The notes beneath the pieces were generated by a model. It searched no databases, was not told the DNA's origin, and saw only the letters and a program-made list of their open reading frames with translations. The translations under genes were made by a program, and so were the position numbers. DNA of 64,000 nucleotides from Promethearchaeia archaeon (GTDB taxonomy: Archaea > Asgardarchaeota > Lokiarchaeia > Sigyniarchaeales > SOKP01). Positions 1 to 9,269 of the stretch are shown piece after piece. The stretch lies in assembly GCA_046483985.1 (NCBI GenBank), contig JAWOCD010000092.1, positions 38,455 through 102,454 of the forward strand, read 5' to 3'. How positions within the stretch are numbered: position 1 is the stretch's first letter; each line of letters begins with the position of its first letter.

Positions 1-1
1 A

Positions 2-1354
2 TTAGGAGGATTCAGGGAAGTGGGGCGTTCTTGTATCTTGCTTCAAACTAAAGATAGTAATATCATGTTGGATTGTGGTTTAAATGTGGGGAATCCTTAC
101 GAGAAATTCCCTTTTTTTTCTGTTCCAGAATTTTCTGTCAGAAATTTAGACGCTGTGGTTGTAACTCACGCCCATTTGGATCACTGCGGTCTTGTTCCAT
201 TTCTTTATAAATACGGATACCGGGGTCCGGTGTACACTACCCTGCCCACACGAAACCTATCAACCATGCTACAGCTCGATTATATTCAAATCTGCGAAAA
301 AGAAGGAACGCCTGGACCTTATTCAAAGGGAGATGTAAAAAAAACAGTTCTTCACACTATCCCTCTCTCCTGGGGAAAAGTTACAGATATTGCACCCGAT
401 GTCAAATTAACACTCCATAATTCAGGTCATATCTTGGGGTCCTCCATTGTCCATCTTCATTTTGGAAAAGGGGGATATAATTTTGTCTATAGCGGAGATT
501 TCAAATATCAAAAAACCCGATTATTGGAAAAAGCAAATGTCAAATTCCCACGGGTAGAGAGTTTGCTTATTGAATCTACTTACGGGGGACCACAAGATAG
601 GATTCCAAGCCGTCATGATTCTGAAAAAGAATTAAGACAAATTATCAACCATACCGTTAAAAATGGAGGAAAAGTTTTAATTCCAGTGCTTGCAGTAGGG
701 AGAGCTCAAGAAATAATAATCGTTTTGGAGGAATTCCTCTCTCGAGGGTTAATCGAGGAGGTCCCCATCTTTTTAGATGGTTTAATTTCAGAGGCAACGG
801 CGATACATACCGCGAATCCCGATTTCCTTAGTTCGGACTTAAGAGAAAAAATCCTCCATCAAGGAAAAAATCCATTTCTGTCGGAGTTTTTCACAACCGT
901 CGGTTCACATGAAGAACGGATGGATATTTTACAAGGTGGACCCGCTGTAATATTAGCAACCAGTGGAATGTTAATTGGAGGACCATCCGTGCAGTATTTG
1001 AAGGGTTTAGCACAAGACAAAAAAAGTTCGCTAATTTTTGTATCCTATCAAGTTTCTGGAACTCTTGGAAATAGAATTCAGAGAGGATTCAGAGAATTTC
1101 AATACGTTGACAATAAAGGGAGAACTCAATTGGTTAAGTTAAACCTTAAGACATTTACATTAGAAGGTTTTAGCGGTCATTCGTCTCGAAGTCAAATTTC
1201 ACAGTTTTTACGTAGAATTCAACCGCGTCCGAAACTTGTTATTACAAACCACGGAGAAGAATCAAAATGTGTGAGTTTATCCACAATGGTGCACAAAAAA
1301 CTACATAAAGCCACAAGAACTCCGCGTAATACTGAGACGGTTTTACTTAAATAG
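2..1354 (+). CDS. fttA: beta-CASP ribonuclease aCPSF1 / transcription termination factor FttA (5'-truncated by window edge)
   Basis: Frame is open from base 2 (LGGFREVGRSC). Metallo-beta-lactamase motifs THAHLDH, SGHILGS, YSGDF, ESTYG and beta-CASP GFSGHS/NHGE are present. Confidence 0.9.
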   Translation, partial: LGGFREVGRSCILLQTKDSNIMLDCGLNVGNPYEKFPFFSVPEFSVRNLDAVVVTHAHLDHCGLVPFLYKYGYRGPVYTTLPTRNLSTMLQLDYIQICEKEGTPGPYSKGDVKKTVLHTIPLSWGKVTDIAPDVKLTLHNSGHILGSSIVHLHFGKGGYNFVYSGDFKYQKTRLLEKANVKFPRVESLLIESTYGGPQDRIPSRHDSEKELRQIINHTVKNGGKVLIPVLAVGRAQEIIIVLEEFLSRGLIEEVPIFLDGLISEATAIHTANPDFLSSDLREKILHQGKNPFLSEFFTTVGSHEERMDILQGGPAVILATSGMLIGGPSVQYLKGLAQDKKSSLIFVSYQVSGTLGNRIQRGFREFQYVDNKGRTQLVKLNLKTFTLEGFSGHSSRSQISQFLRRIQPRPKLVITNHGEESKCVSLSTMVHKKLHKATRTPRNTETVLLK

Positions 1355-1485
1355 ATATTCCCTTCCTTTTCCTTTAATAGAGCTAATATCCCACTTAGGA
1401 AAAATTAATTTTTTTAACTAACAATTATTTAATAATGTAAATAATTTCTTCAAACTCATAAAAAACTAAATGAAAGTGGGAGTTC

Positions 1486-2427
1486 TTGTCCGATAAAAAA
1501 ATTAATTTAAAAGAAAAAAAGGTTACAATTGCCCGACGCATAGTACAAACTATCGCATTTCTCTTAATTAATTATGTGATCATTGAGTTAATCTTTTCTA
1601 TAAATCTGAAAGGATTTGAAGGATTTATAAAGATTTTACCGATTTTAAATTCACCGCGTAATCCATTATCGGACGGAGCTGGAATGCTGGAATACATTTA
1701 TTATTTCTTTATCGAGGGAGTATTTCCCTTTTTCATTAGTGGAGCGTTAATTCTCATCCTTCTATTTACCAATCGTTTTTTCTGTGGATGGGTTTGTCCG
1801 ATTGGATTTATCCAAGATCTTCTATGCAAGATTCCCAAGGAAACTAAACGGGTTAGCATAGAAAACCATAATTCCTTAGTTAAATTAAAATATTTAATAG
1901 TAATTCTTATCACAATTATTATTGTCCCTCTGGGCGTTACCAAACTTACGGATTTAGTCTTCTATTTTCAATATAAGCAAAATCTCGGTCAAATGGCACA
2001 AAAACCATTGGGATATTTTTCATTGTCGGAATTTATTTTTGTCTTTTTACCCGACCTCTTTGGGCAAATTTGGGAAGCTGCAGAGCTTAGTCCGCTTTTT
2101 TCTGATTGGTTCATTTTTCTTTATTTCGCATTTTATATAATCGTATTAATAATTACTGTTTATTATCCGCGCGCCTATTGTCGATATATTTGTCCTTTCG
2201 GAGGTGTCGCTTCTGCAGTGAGTGATTATTCATTTGTAACACTCTCCAGAAGTCCCGTAAAATGTGTTGGTAGGAAAAAATGCGGTGTGTGCGAGCGAGT
2301 CTGTCCTAAACAAATACGAATTCTAGATGAACCCTTCGAGTTCTTTACAGGATCTGGTGAATGTAATATGTGTTTAGAATGCTTAGAGAGTTGTCCGTAC
2401 GATGCAATTAAAATTAAGATGAAATAA
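1486..2427 (+). CDS. NapH/MauN-like membrane 4Fe-4S binding protein
   Basis: Two CxxxCP motifs after TM helices (FCGWVCP, YCRYICP) plus C-terminal ferredoxin motifs (CGVCERVCP, CNMCLECLESCP). Confidence 0.85.
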   Translation: MSDKKINLKEKKVTIARRIVQTIAFLLINYVIIELIFSINLKGFEGFIKILPILNSPRNPLSDGAGMLEYIYYFFIEGVFPFFISGALILILLFTNRFFCGWVCPIGFIQDLLCKIPKETKRVSIENHNSLVKLKYLIVILITIIIVPLGVTKLTDLVFYFQYKQNLGQMAQKPLGYFSLSEFIFVFLPDLFGQIWEAAELSPLFSDWFIFLYFAFYIIVLIITVYYPRAYCRYICPFGGVASAVSDYSFVTLSRSPVKCVGRKKCGVCERVCPKQIRILDEPFEFFTGSGECNMCLECLESCPYDAIKIKMK

Positions 2428-2592
2428 GAACTTTACCCTTTGAATTTCGAACGTTATTATGTTAATTTTAAGCCTATTGGGCACCTATATCAGCAAAAAA
2501 ATAAATAAAAGATTAACCTTAAATTGGGATTTTTTAATATATACAAATAAGAGATTATAATTGTCAATAAATAAAGAAAAAGATAATTCGTC

Positions 2593-3798
2593 ATGGATGA
2601 AAGGCGGCTCAAAAAAATTAGCAATAGATTAAATCGAGATTCAGAACTCGGTAAACTCGCAATCAAGAATTCTGACGCGGTAAGATATTATGAAGAAGAG
2701 AATAAGAAAAAATATCGAGATACGCGACCTCCTTTTTTTCGTGATGTAGATAGGATTGTTCATTCAAAGGCTTATTCACGCTACATTGACAAGACTCAAG
2801 TTTTTTATGAGATAAACAATGCGAATATCACACATCGATCATTGCATGTAATTCTGGTTTCACGAATCAGCCGGCATATTGGTCGTATACTAAAGCTCAA
2901 TACAGACCTTATAGAGGCAATTTCACTCGGACATGATGTGGGGCATTCTCCCTACGGGCACTTAGGTGAAGACATTTTAAGTGATATTAGTGCAGAAGAA
3001 GATATTGGAAGATTTCATCATAATGCACAAGGAATACGTTGGTTATTATATTTAGAGAAGAGATTCCCCAAAGAACCAGCTCAAGGACTCAATCTCACTT
3101 TACAGGTGTTAGACGGAATCCTATGCCATGATGGTGAGATTAATGAACGTGTTCTAAAGCCAGAGGAAATAAATGGAAAGAAATGGGATGACTTTTTTGA
3201 CGAATATAATAACTGTTTTAGGGAAGACGAAATGGATGTCATCCCGATGTCTTATGAAGGAATTGTTGTTCGGTTTGCCGACACCATCAGTTATATTGGA
3301 AGAGATATTGAAGATGCCATTCTCTTAAAACTGATTGATCGAGAGGAAATTCCAGAGTTTTGTCAAGACGCATTAGGTGATACCAACAGAAAAATCATTG
3401 ACACATTAGTCATGGATCTGATTGATTATAGTATGGATCATAGAGAAGTAGGATATAGCCAAGAGATATTTGAAGCTCTGAAAAAGCTTAAGGAATTTAA
3501 TTATGAGCGAATTTACAAGCGACGAGATCTTTACATCAGAGAGGGTTGCGATAAACCGTTCCATGAAGAATTAAAGGAAAAATTTCAAGTTATTTATAAT
3601 CAATCATTGAAAGACCTTCGGGAGGAAAATTTTCAAGCACCCGTCTTTGTTGATCATATTGAATATATTGATGATAAAAGCTATTCTACCTATTATTATC
3701 CTCTAAAAAGGACGGGAAAACTTGCACTTCTTGTTCGAGATTATATTGCAGGGATGTCTGATAACTATTTTATGGAGATTTACAATCGATATAAATAG
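2593..3798 (+). CDS. HD-domain dGTP triphosphohydrolase-like protein
   Basis: RDVDRIVHS..KTQV, HDVGHSPYGH, HHN, HD and DYIAGMSD motifs of the dGTPase family. Confidence 0.85.
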   Translation: MDERRLKKISNRLNRDSELGKLAIKNSDAVRYYEEENKKKYRDTRPPFFRDVDRIVHSKAYSRYIDKTQVFYEINNANITHRSLHVILVSRISRHIGRILKLNTDLIEAISLGHDVGHSPYGHLGEDILSDISAEEDIGRFHHNAQGIRWLLYLEKRFPKEPAQGLNLTLQVLDGILCHDGEINERVLKPEEINGKKWDDFFDEYNNCFREDEMDVIPMSYEGIVVRFADTISYIGRDIEDAILLKLIDREEIPEFCQDALGDTNRKIIDTLVMDLIDYSMDHREVGYSQEIFEALKKLKEFNYERIYKRRDLYIREGCDKPFHEELKEKFQVIYNQSLKDLREENFQAPVFVDHIEYIDDKSYSTYYYPLKRTGKLALLVRDYIAGMSDNYFMEIYNRYK

Positions 3799-3804
3799 AG
3801 ATCT

Positions 3805-3869
3805 GAAGCCCCCCTCCCTAAAGGAAAAAGAATCCTACGAGATCACTAAGTATTCCGCTATAAGTTAAA
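3805..3869. mobile_element. Degenerate IS200/IS605-like end remnant (copy 1)
   Basis: gaagcccccctccctaaagg...cactaag...cgctataagttaaa; shares blocks with 25778-25861. No transposase is present. Confidence 0.3.
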
Positions 3870-4191
3870 AATCTAGATGGAGTTCTTTTTTTGGGGAACA
3901 AAAAAAGAAGAAATTGCTGTAGATAAAAGTGTGGATTATCTAGAGAAGGATAGAAATAAGTTTTTTCAGTTTTCACGGGGTAAATTTTTTTTGACTTCGA
4001 TCATCTTTTTGGGGTTCCATTACTTTATGTTTTTAAAGAATGAAATATAATAACCGAAGTTATATTTTTTATCCTCTCTAGTATAATCCATGATATTAAT
4101 AGAAGGCTAACTATTTAAATGCTTTTGATATAGGAATCTTTTATATAAGTCCCACAACTATTAAGGGGAACATATGTTTTTGTCAATTTTC

Positions 4192-4227
4192 AAGAATTTC
4201 GGAAAGAATTTCGGAAAGAATTTCGGA
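4192..4227. repeat. Tandem repeat AAGAATTTCGGA x3
   Basis: Three perfect 12-bp copies read directly, about 140 bp upstream of the tRNA. Confidence 0.9.
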
Positions 4228-4369
4228 ATTAATGAACAACTCATGCCTAAAGGGTTTTTAATAAAATGATAGTGAGCATATTTAGAAATTTTTTAAAATT
4301 AGAATATGTTATATATAGATAGGAAAAACTAGTTTTTCATCATATTTCTTTTACATAATAAATATATAA

Positions 4370-4471
4370 AGCCCAGTAGTGTAGCGGTCAATCATTCGGG
4401 GCCCTGAAGGATTTCTTTTTGAAGAGGTCTGGCGAGACCCTGAAACCACGGTTCGAATCCGTGCTGGGCTA
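4370..4471 (+). tRNA. tRNA-Gln(CUG) with ~29-nt intron (4408-4436, position 37/38)
   Basis: Acceptor AGCCCAG/CTGGGCT+A, D arm GTGTAGCGGTCAATCAT, anticodon stem CGGGG/CCCTG, T arm CACGG-TTCGAAT-CCGTG. The intron forms a hairpin within a relaxed BHB motif. Confidence 0.85.
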
Positions 4472-4510
4472 CTTCTTTTATTCCTCTTGAATAAATCAAG
4501 CAAAATAAAC

Positions 4511-4939
4511 TTAATTAATAATCATATATCGAAAATTTCCAATCTCTGTTAAGCTGTTAATTTCTACTACAACTTCATGAAACAATGGAAGCGGGCCCTC
4601 ATAAACTAAAAAGATAATCAAATTTGGGTTTGAAAAATGTTGGGATTTGCTCACAATATTTTTCTTATATTTCAGTTCAATACTATTCAGACGCTTCTGG
4701 AATTTTTTAGTATTAGGGGCAACAAGAACCATATTTCCAGTGATATTCTCTTTCGGAATGAACAATCCAGATTTAGTTTCGTTTAGCGTATCGGAGATTT
4801 CCGCGCTCGACATAAGCCTCATCAACGCATCTCTTACCAACTTTGACCTATTATCATATTTATTTTTGGTTACAAGTTTATTAATGAATCGCTCAATGCT
4901 TTTGCTAATAGAAAAACTTACGACTGGGATAAATACCAC
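4511..4939 (-). CDS. CopG/NikR-like ribbon-helix-helix transcriptional regulator
   Basis: N-terminal PVVSFSI...YDNRSKLVRDAL RHH; C-terminal ACT-like domain resembling NikR-C but lacking most Ni ligands. Confidence 0.75.
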   Translation of the reverse strand: MVFIPVVSFSISKSIERFINKLVTKNKYDNRSKLVRDALMRLMSSAEISDTLNETKSGLFIPKENITGNMVLVAPNTKKFQKRLNSIELKYKKNIVSKSQHFSNPNLIIFLVYEGPLPLFHEVVVEINSLTEIGNFRYMIIN

Positions 4940-5042
4940 CTTATGAAATTAGTATATTCTATATTATTAGTTGGAAGAAGTTAATATTTATACTTTACTC
5001 AATTATAATATAGTTTATTAACCTTTCCCTAAAAGATTTATG

Positions 5043-5136
5043 GAGGGTTCCGAATCCGTTCTCTTTTCGTAAGTTGAACGGTTATGCGCCATTAAACGCT
5101 CTCATTCGGGAGAGCAAAATAGGTTTTGCACCCTTT
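5043..5136 (+). ncRNA. Candidate structured RNA (multi-stem junction)
   Basis: GC-rich patch in an AT-rich intergenic region. Stems ccgttc/gaacgg and gctctc/gagagc are enclosed by an imperfect agggt.../...accct stem, and both loops contain TTCG. Confidence 0.35.
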
Positions 5137-5216
5137 TTGCATTTTCCAAGAATTTAATTCCTAAGATCTTTTAAAATTAATGATAAATTTTCAATAAAAT
5201 GAGTCTAGGTAAAAAA

Positions 5217-7610
5217 TTATAACTTTATTGTCCGTTTGATGACATCCCTAAAGTTTTCAACATCGTTAACGAGTTTATCCGCATCCTCTTCGCTGATCTT
5301 CTCTTCCTTCTCGTATTTATTCAAACGGGTAAGCCAAAATTCGATCCGGTCTAAGACAGGGTTCTCATCTCCAAGCACCTTGCGAAGTCGAATAAAAGTG
5401 TCGTGCAATTTATTTCGAATATTCTGTGCTTTCCAATGTAGCATACAATAATCACTGACCTCTGCTAGATTTTGGGTAATTGCCATGATATCAATAGTTT
5501 TTTCTCTCTCTTCGCTTTTAATGTGTCTGATGATATTTATTTGTTCAAATAAAACTTCAATAACCTTAGCCAAAAATCCTGTTAATTGGCCAGGATTGTT
5601 GCACCATACTCTCACTTCTAAGGATTGGTTATTCTCAGAAACTAAAATTCGAGTAATAATTCGTCCACCAGACACTTTGGCTTCACTACAATACCATGCT
5701 TCTCCTTCATATGCTCCAGAGGAATCAGTCCCTTCATAGGAGGAAACTGAACTAGTTTCAAAATTCTTAAGTGCTCTAATTGCTGCTCGGAATGCTAACC
5801 GAGGGTCTAAGTCCGCGATCATAAAGGCTCGAGCATCGTTTGGGAGGCTTTGAATTGCAAGCTGACAATCCTCAATAGAGCTAAGAGAAGTGCAGACAAG
5901 CGGGCACTTAATTTGAACTTCTTTATTACGAATTATTATGGTACGTTTCTTTCCCTTGGCGTTTTTATAGATCACTGTCCCCCCAATGTTAGATATACCA
6001 CATTCTTTGGGTTCCAAATAAAAATCTACTCCATGGGATGTTTTTGCTTCAATAACTGGAATATTAATGAGGTATTCTTTCGATTTAAAGCTTGATGGGA
6101 CGTCTAATATTACTTTCACGTTATTAATGGCCATTTTACTATGATTTTTCACTACCACTTTAAAGCGAATTTGACCGCCAACAAAATCGTATTCTCGAAG
6201 AACTTCTACTTTGTCCTTATCGTCATGTTCTTCGGGTTCTTCAAATATTTCCTTCTCTTGATCAGATGGGGGTTGCCCTCGTGAACTCGCAGATGGAGCA
6301 TGAACTCGTTCTGCAACAAATATACGGTTTTGCATATCGATATATCCATCAATATCCCCTCTTCCAATCATAATAGCAAGATGCTCCTCAATACTGGATT
6401 TGGTAATCCCCAATTTATTTGATAATTCTCGTAAAGGCATTTTTCTGTAGGCTCGAGAGATCTCTCTGATCTTATTTTCCAAATAGGCTTCTGTCATAAA
6501 TTCCCGTCTTTGAGTGAACAATCCTTTAATTTTCTCGCTCTTAATCATCGCATGTAAATTCTTTCTTGCCAATTCTGGTGCAATTTTCAATTTTTCTGCT
6601 AATTTTGATAATTTGAATAACCCGGCTTGCTGTGCATAATTTTGGATCTCTTGTTTAATTTTAGATTCAGTGATTAATTCATTTCCCATGTCAGCAAAAA
6701 AGGCATCAATTTCGTTAGTTCTCATTAAGTTCGTGCAAAAATTTTTCGTTAAATCCACAGGTATCTGGAAAATGTTTGCAAGTTCTTTGAGTGTTGCTTT
6801 TCCTTTTTCATTTATCTCAGAAATAAGAGTATTTGTAATATACTCTTGAGTATAATAATGCTTTTTATCTTTAGAAAAGGAGCCTTTAATTTTATAGCGT
6901 CTTATTAGATTATATACCAATTTTAGAGCATTATCTGAATTCATATCGAGCATCATTGCAAGGTCTTGAACCTTAATTTTTCCCTTATCTTGAAATTTTG
7001 AGAGTAATTTCTCCCTCATCTCTTCTGAAATATAGTAGAACATTTGATTGGAGGAATCAATGATTCCGTATATCCTTTCCTCTTCAATATATTTCTGAAT
7101 AAATCTCACCATTTGTGATTCTGAAATATTGAATGAATTCATTATAGTTGAGAAATTTGTGATGGATGACCGTTCTAATAGGTCTAAAAAACATTTTGGG
7201 CAAACCTCTTTCCCCTCCAAATGTTTTAATTTTTTCCCACATAGCTTATAACTTTCAATTAAATTATAACGCTGGGCTTCTCGGGATAGTTTTTCTCTTG
7301 AAGGAAAAAACAACCCAGGTGTCTTTAAATAAGAATTCCAACCGCATTTTGGATTACTACATGCTAAATAGTAATGTCCTGACGTTAAGCGCTCTTCCAT
7401 TAGAAGGGATTCACATTCCGGACATTTTGAATCTCGTATGATAGGGCAACGGTAATTATGTTCGGCAGCTTTTGCTCTTGAAAAAGTATAATTATGTCTT
7501 TTACATAAAAATCGCTCAGTCGTTGCCATATGATCTACACAAAAGCTGGATTTGCAACGTTCACAAGTAAATTCTATATCTTCCGATTCACAGAATAAAC
7601 ATTTCTCCAT
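5217..7610 (-). CDS. Zn-finger + tandem winged-helix (DDRGK/UFL1/PCI-like) + adaptin-appendage-like (GAE+platform) protein
   Basis: N-terminal CxxC/CxxH clusters; repeated G-x-I/F...Y/F-I/T...G-K-x-x-L-x-E-L-A winged-helix units; Ig-like FKVVVKN..INNVKV..FYLEP..IGGTVIY; platform-like AWYCSEAK..LEVRVWCNN. Confidence 0.65.
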   Translation of the reverse strand: MEKCLFCESEDIEFTCERCKSSFCVDHMATTERFLCKRHNYTFSRAKAAEHNYRCPIIRDSKCPECESLLMEERLTSGHYYLACSNPKCGWNSYLKTPGLFFPSREKLSREAQRYNLIESYKLCGKKLKHLEGKEVCPKCFLDLLERSSITNFSTIMNSFNISESQMVRFIQKYIEEERIYGIIDSSNQMFYYISEEMREKLLSKFQDKGKIKVQDLAMMLDMNSDNALKLVYNLIRRYKIKGSFSKDKKHYYTQEYITNTLISEINEKGKATLKELANIFQIPVDLTKNFCTNLMRTNEIDAFFADMGNELITESKIKQEIQNYAQQAGLFKLSKLAEKLKIAPELARKNLHAMIKSEKIKGLFTQRREFMTEAYLENKIREISRAYRKMPLRELSNKLGITKSSIEEHLAIMIGRGDIDGYIDMQNRIFVAERVHAPSASSRGQPPSDQEKEIFEEPEEHDDKDKVEVLREYDFVGGQIRFKVVVKNHSKMAINNVKVILDVPSSFKSKEYLINIPVIEAKTSHGVDFYLEPKECGISNIGGTVIYKNAKGKKRTIIIRNKEVQIKCPLVCTSLSSIEDCQLAIQSLPNDARAFMIADLDPRLAFRAAIRALKNFETSSVSSYEGTDSSGAYEGEAWYCSEAKVSGGRIITRILVSENNQSLEVRVWCNNPGQLTGFLAKVIEVLFEQINIIRHIKSEEREKTIDIMAITQNLAEVSDYCMLHWKAQNIRNKLHDTFIRLRKVLGDENPVLDRIEFWLTRLNKYEKEEKISEEDADKLVNDVENFRDVIKRTIKL

Positions 7611-7765
7611 TTATTAACACCTATCTTATTCTAAATTTTAAGGAATAATAATCCTTTTAATAATATTATAGAAATTAAATTATAAAATTTTATATAGACC
7701 ATTTTTTAATGGAAATTCTTATTGATTAAAAGATAATCTGAATTTTTATTTGTTGCTATTATTTT

Positions 7766-8473
7766 TCAAATATTACTCACATTAAATAACTCTATTCTCA
7801 AGAAACTTAAAATCATAATGATAATGTTAAAGATTATAATTATTAAGAGCATTAGAAAGTATAATTTATTTCTCCTTTGTTCTTTTTTTTCACCTCGAAG
7901 TACTTTACTTGTTCCTTGCTTTGCCAATGCTAAAGGAAATAATCCAATAAATGTGCCGAGTGAAAAATAAAATACTGTAATTATTCCCTCTAAAGACCCA
8001 TAGCTTAAAGCACATGTGAAGCTCTGAGAATAAATAAACAATTCAAATACGCAAGGAGGATAACCAGCTAACATACCAAAGAAAAAAGGTGTTCTCTTTT
8101 TCTCCCAATTTAATTTTATTAATTCATCTTTATAGTAATTATGGGGAGCATAATCTCTTCGCATAATAAAAAAAAGAAGAAAAACTGCCGCAAACGTTGA
8201 AGAAAATGCACCAAAGAAATTGATTACATAAGGTTTTGGGATAGATCCCAACAACCGGGGAATAAAAGTTAAAATTACAGTAATAAAAGCAATACTCATA
8301 TTTGCTCCAATTAAACCTAAACCATACAGTATTAAGATTAATAAACTATTTTTTACATTCTTAGAAATTCCAAAACTCCAAAAGAAAAAAATAGCCTTAT
8401 CTTCACATGGCATCAAGGTATGAAGGATACCAATCACAAAAGCGGGAAAAAGAACAATGAAGTATTCTTGCAT
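7766..8473 (-). CDS. UreH/NicO/DsbD_2-like membrane protein (metal transport or cytochrome c biogenesis-like)
   Basis: About six TM helices; GILHTLMPC and GMLAGYPPC motifs. Confidence 0.6.
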   Translation of the reverse strand: MQEYFIVLFPAFVIGILHTLMPCEDKAIFFFWSFGISKNVKNSLLILILYGLGLIGANMSIAFITVILTFIPRLLGSIPKPYVINFFGAFSSTFAAVFLLFFIMRRDYAPHNYYKDELIKLNWEKKRTPFFFGMLAGYPPCVFELFIYSQSFTCALSYGSLEGIITVFYFSLGTFIGLFPLALAKQGTSKVLRGEKKEQRRNKLYFLMLLIIIIFNIIIMILSFLRIELFNVSNI

Positions 8474-8540
8474 TTTTTGGATTTAAGGAAAAATTCAATC
8501 CATGTTATGTTTTAATTAATTAAAGATAAGAGATTATTAA

Positions 8541-9257
8541 TTATTTTTGAATTATATCAAAAGGAAGTTGTTTTTCGTAAAAAGCTTTCCCAATTATAAC
8601 TCCTTGAAGATCTTTAATGTTGTTGAGCGTTTCGATATCGCGTTCATTGCGTACCCCTCCTGCTGCATAAACGGGTATGTTCACCGTTTTTACCATTTTT
8701 TTTATGTTCGGAATATCCGGGCCAGTAAAAGCTCCGTCAGCTTCAACACTTGAAAATAAAATAGCCCCCGCTCCTTTTTTTTCGATCTTCTTTCCAAATG
8801 TAAAGGGATTCAAATCAGTCTCTTTTGTCCAACCATGCGTAGCGATTTTTCCAGATTTATAATCCAATGCCACAATAACATGCTCAGAGCCCATTCTTTC
8901 TGATAATACTTGAATTTTATCTGGATTTTTAACTGCCATTGTACCTATAATGACCTTATCTGCCCCGATTTTTACCAACTCTACTGCCGCGTCTATAGAC
9001 CTGATCCCTCCTCCGATCTGTACCTTTGCACCAGATCGATCTGCTTTTTGAATCATCTGCTTCAGTAATTGTTTGTTCTTATCAGATCCCCAGGCTCCGT
9101 CTAAATCTACAAAATGCAATCGATTTGCCCCTTTTTCAATCCAAAAATCTAAAGCCCCAAGGGGGTCTTCGAAATATATCTTCTCTGTGCCTTTTTTTCC
9201 TTTAAAAAGGCGAACGCACCGATTATCTTGAATATCAATGGCAGGAATTATTTCCAT
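8541..9257 (-). CDS. hisA: ProFAR isomerase HisA
   Basis: IIPAID, LHFVDLDGA, QIGGGIR, ALD..GW, DG...GP and AAGGV motifs. Confidence 0.92.
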   Translation of the reverse strand: MEIIPAIDIQDNRCVRLFKGKKGTEKIYFEDPLGALDFWIEKGANRLHFVDLDGAWGSDKNKQLLKQMIQKADRSGAKVQIGGGIRSIDAAVELVKIGADKVIIGTMAVKNPDKIQVLSERMGSEHVIVALDYKSGKIATHGWTKETDLNPFTFGKKIEKKGAGAILFSSVEADGAFTGPDIPNIKKMVKTVNIPVYAAGGVRNERDIETLNNIKDLQGVIIGKAFYEKQLPFDIIQK

Positions 9258-9269
9258 TCTTAAGCATCA

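Noticed and set aside
3877-4050. 57-codon ORF (MEFFFWGTKK...)
   Set aside because: Low-complexity, built over an inverted repeat and homopolymer runs, with no recognisable motif.
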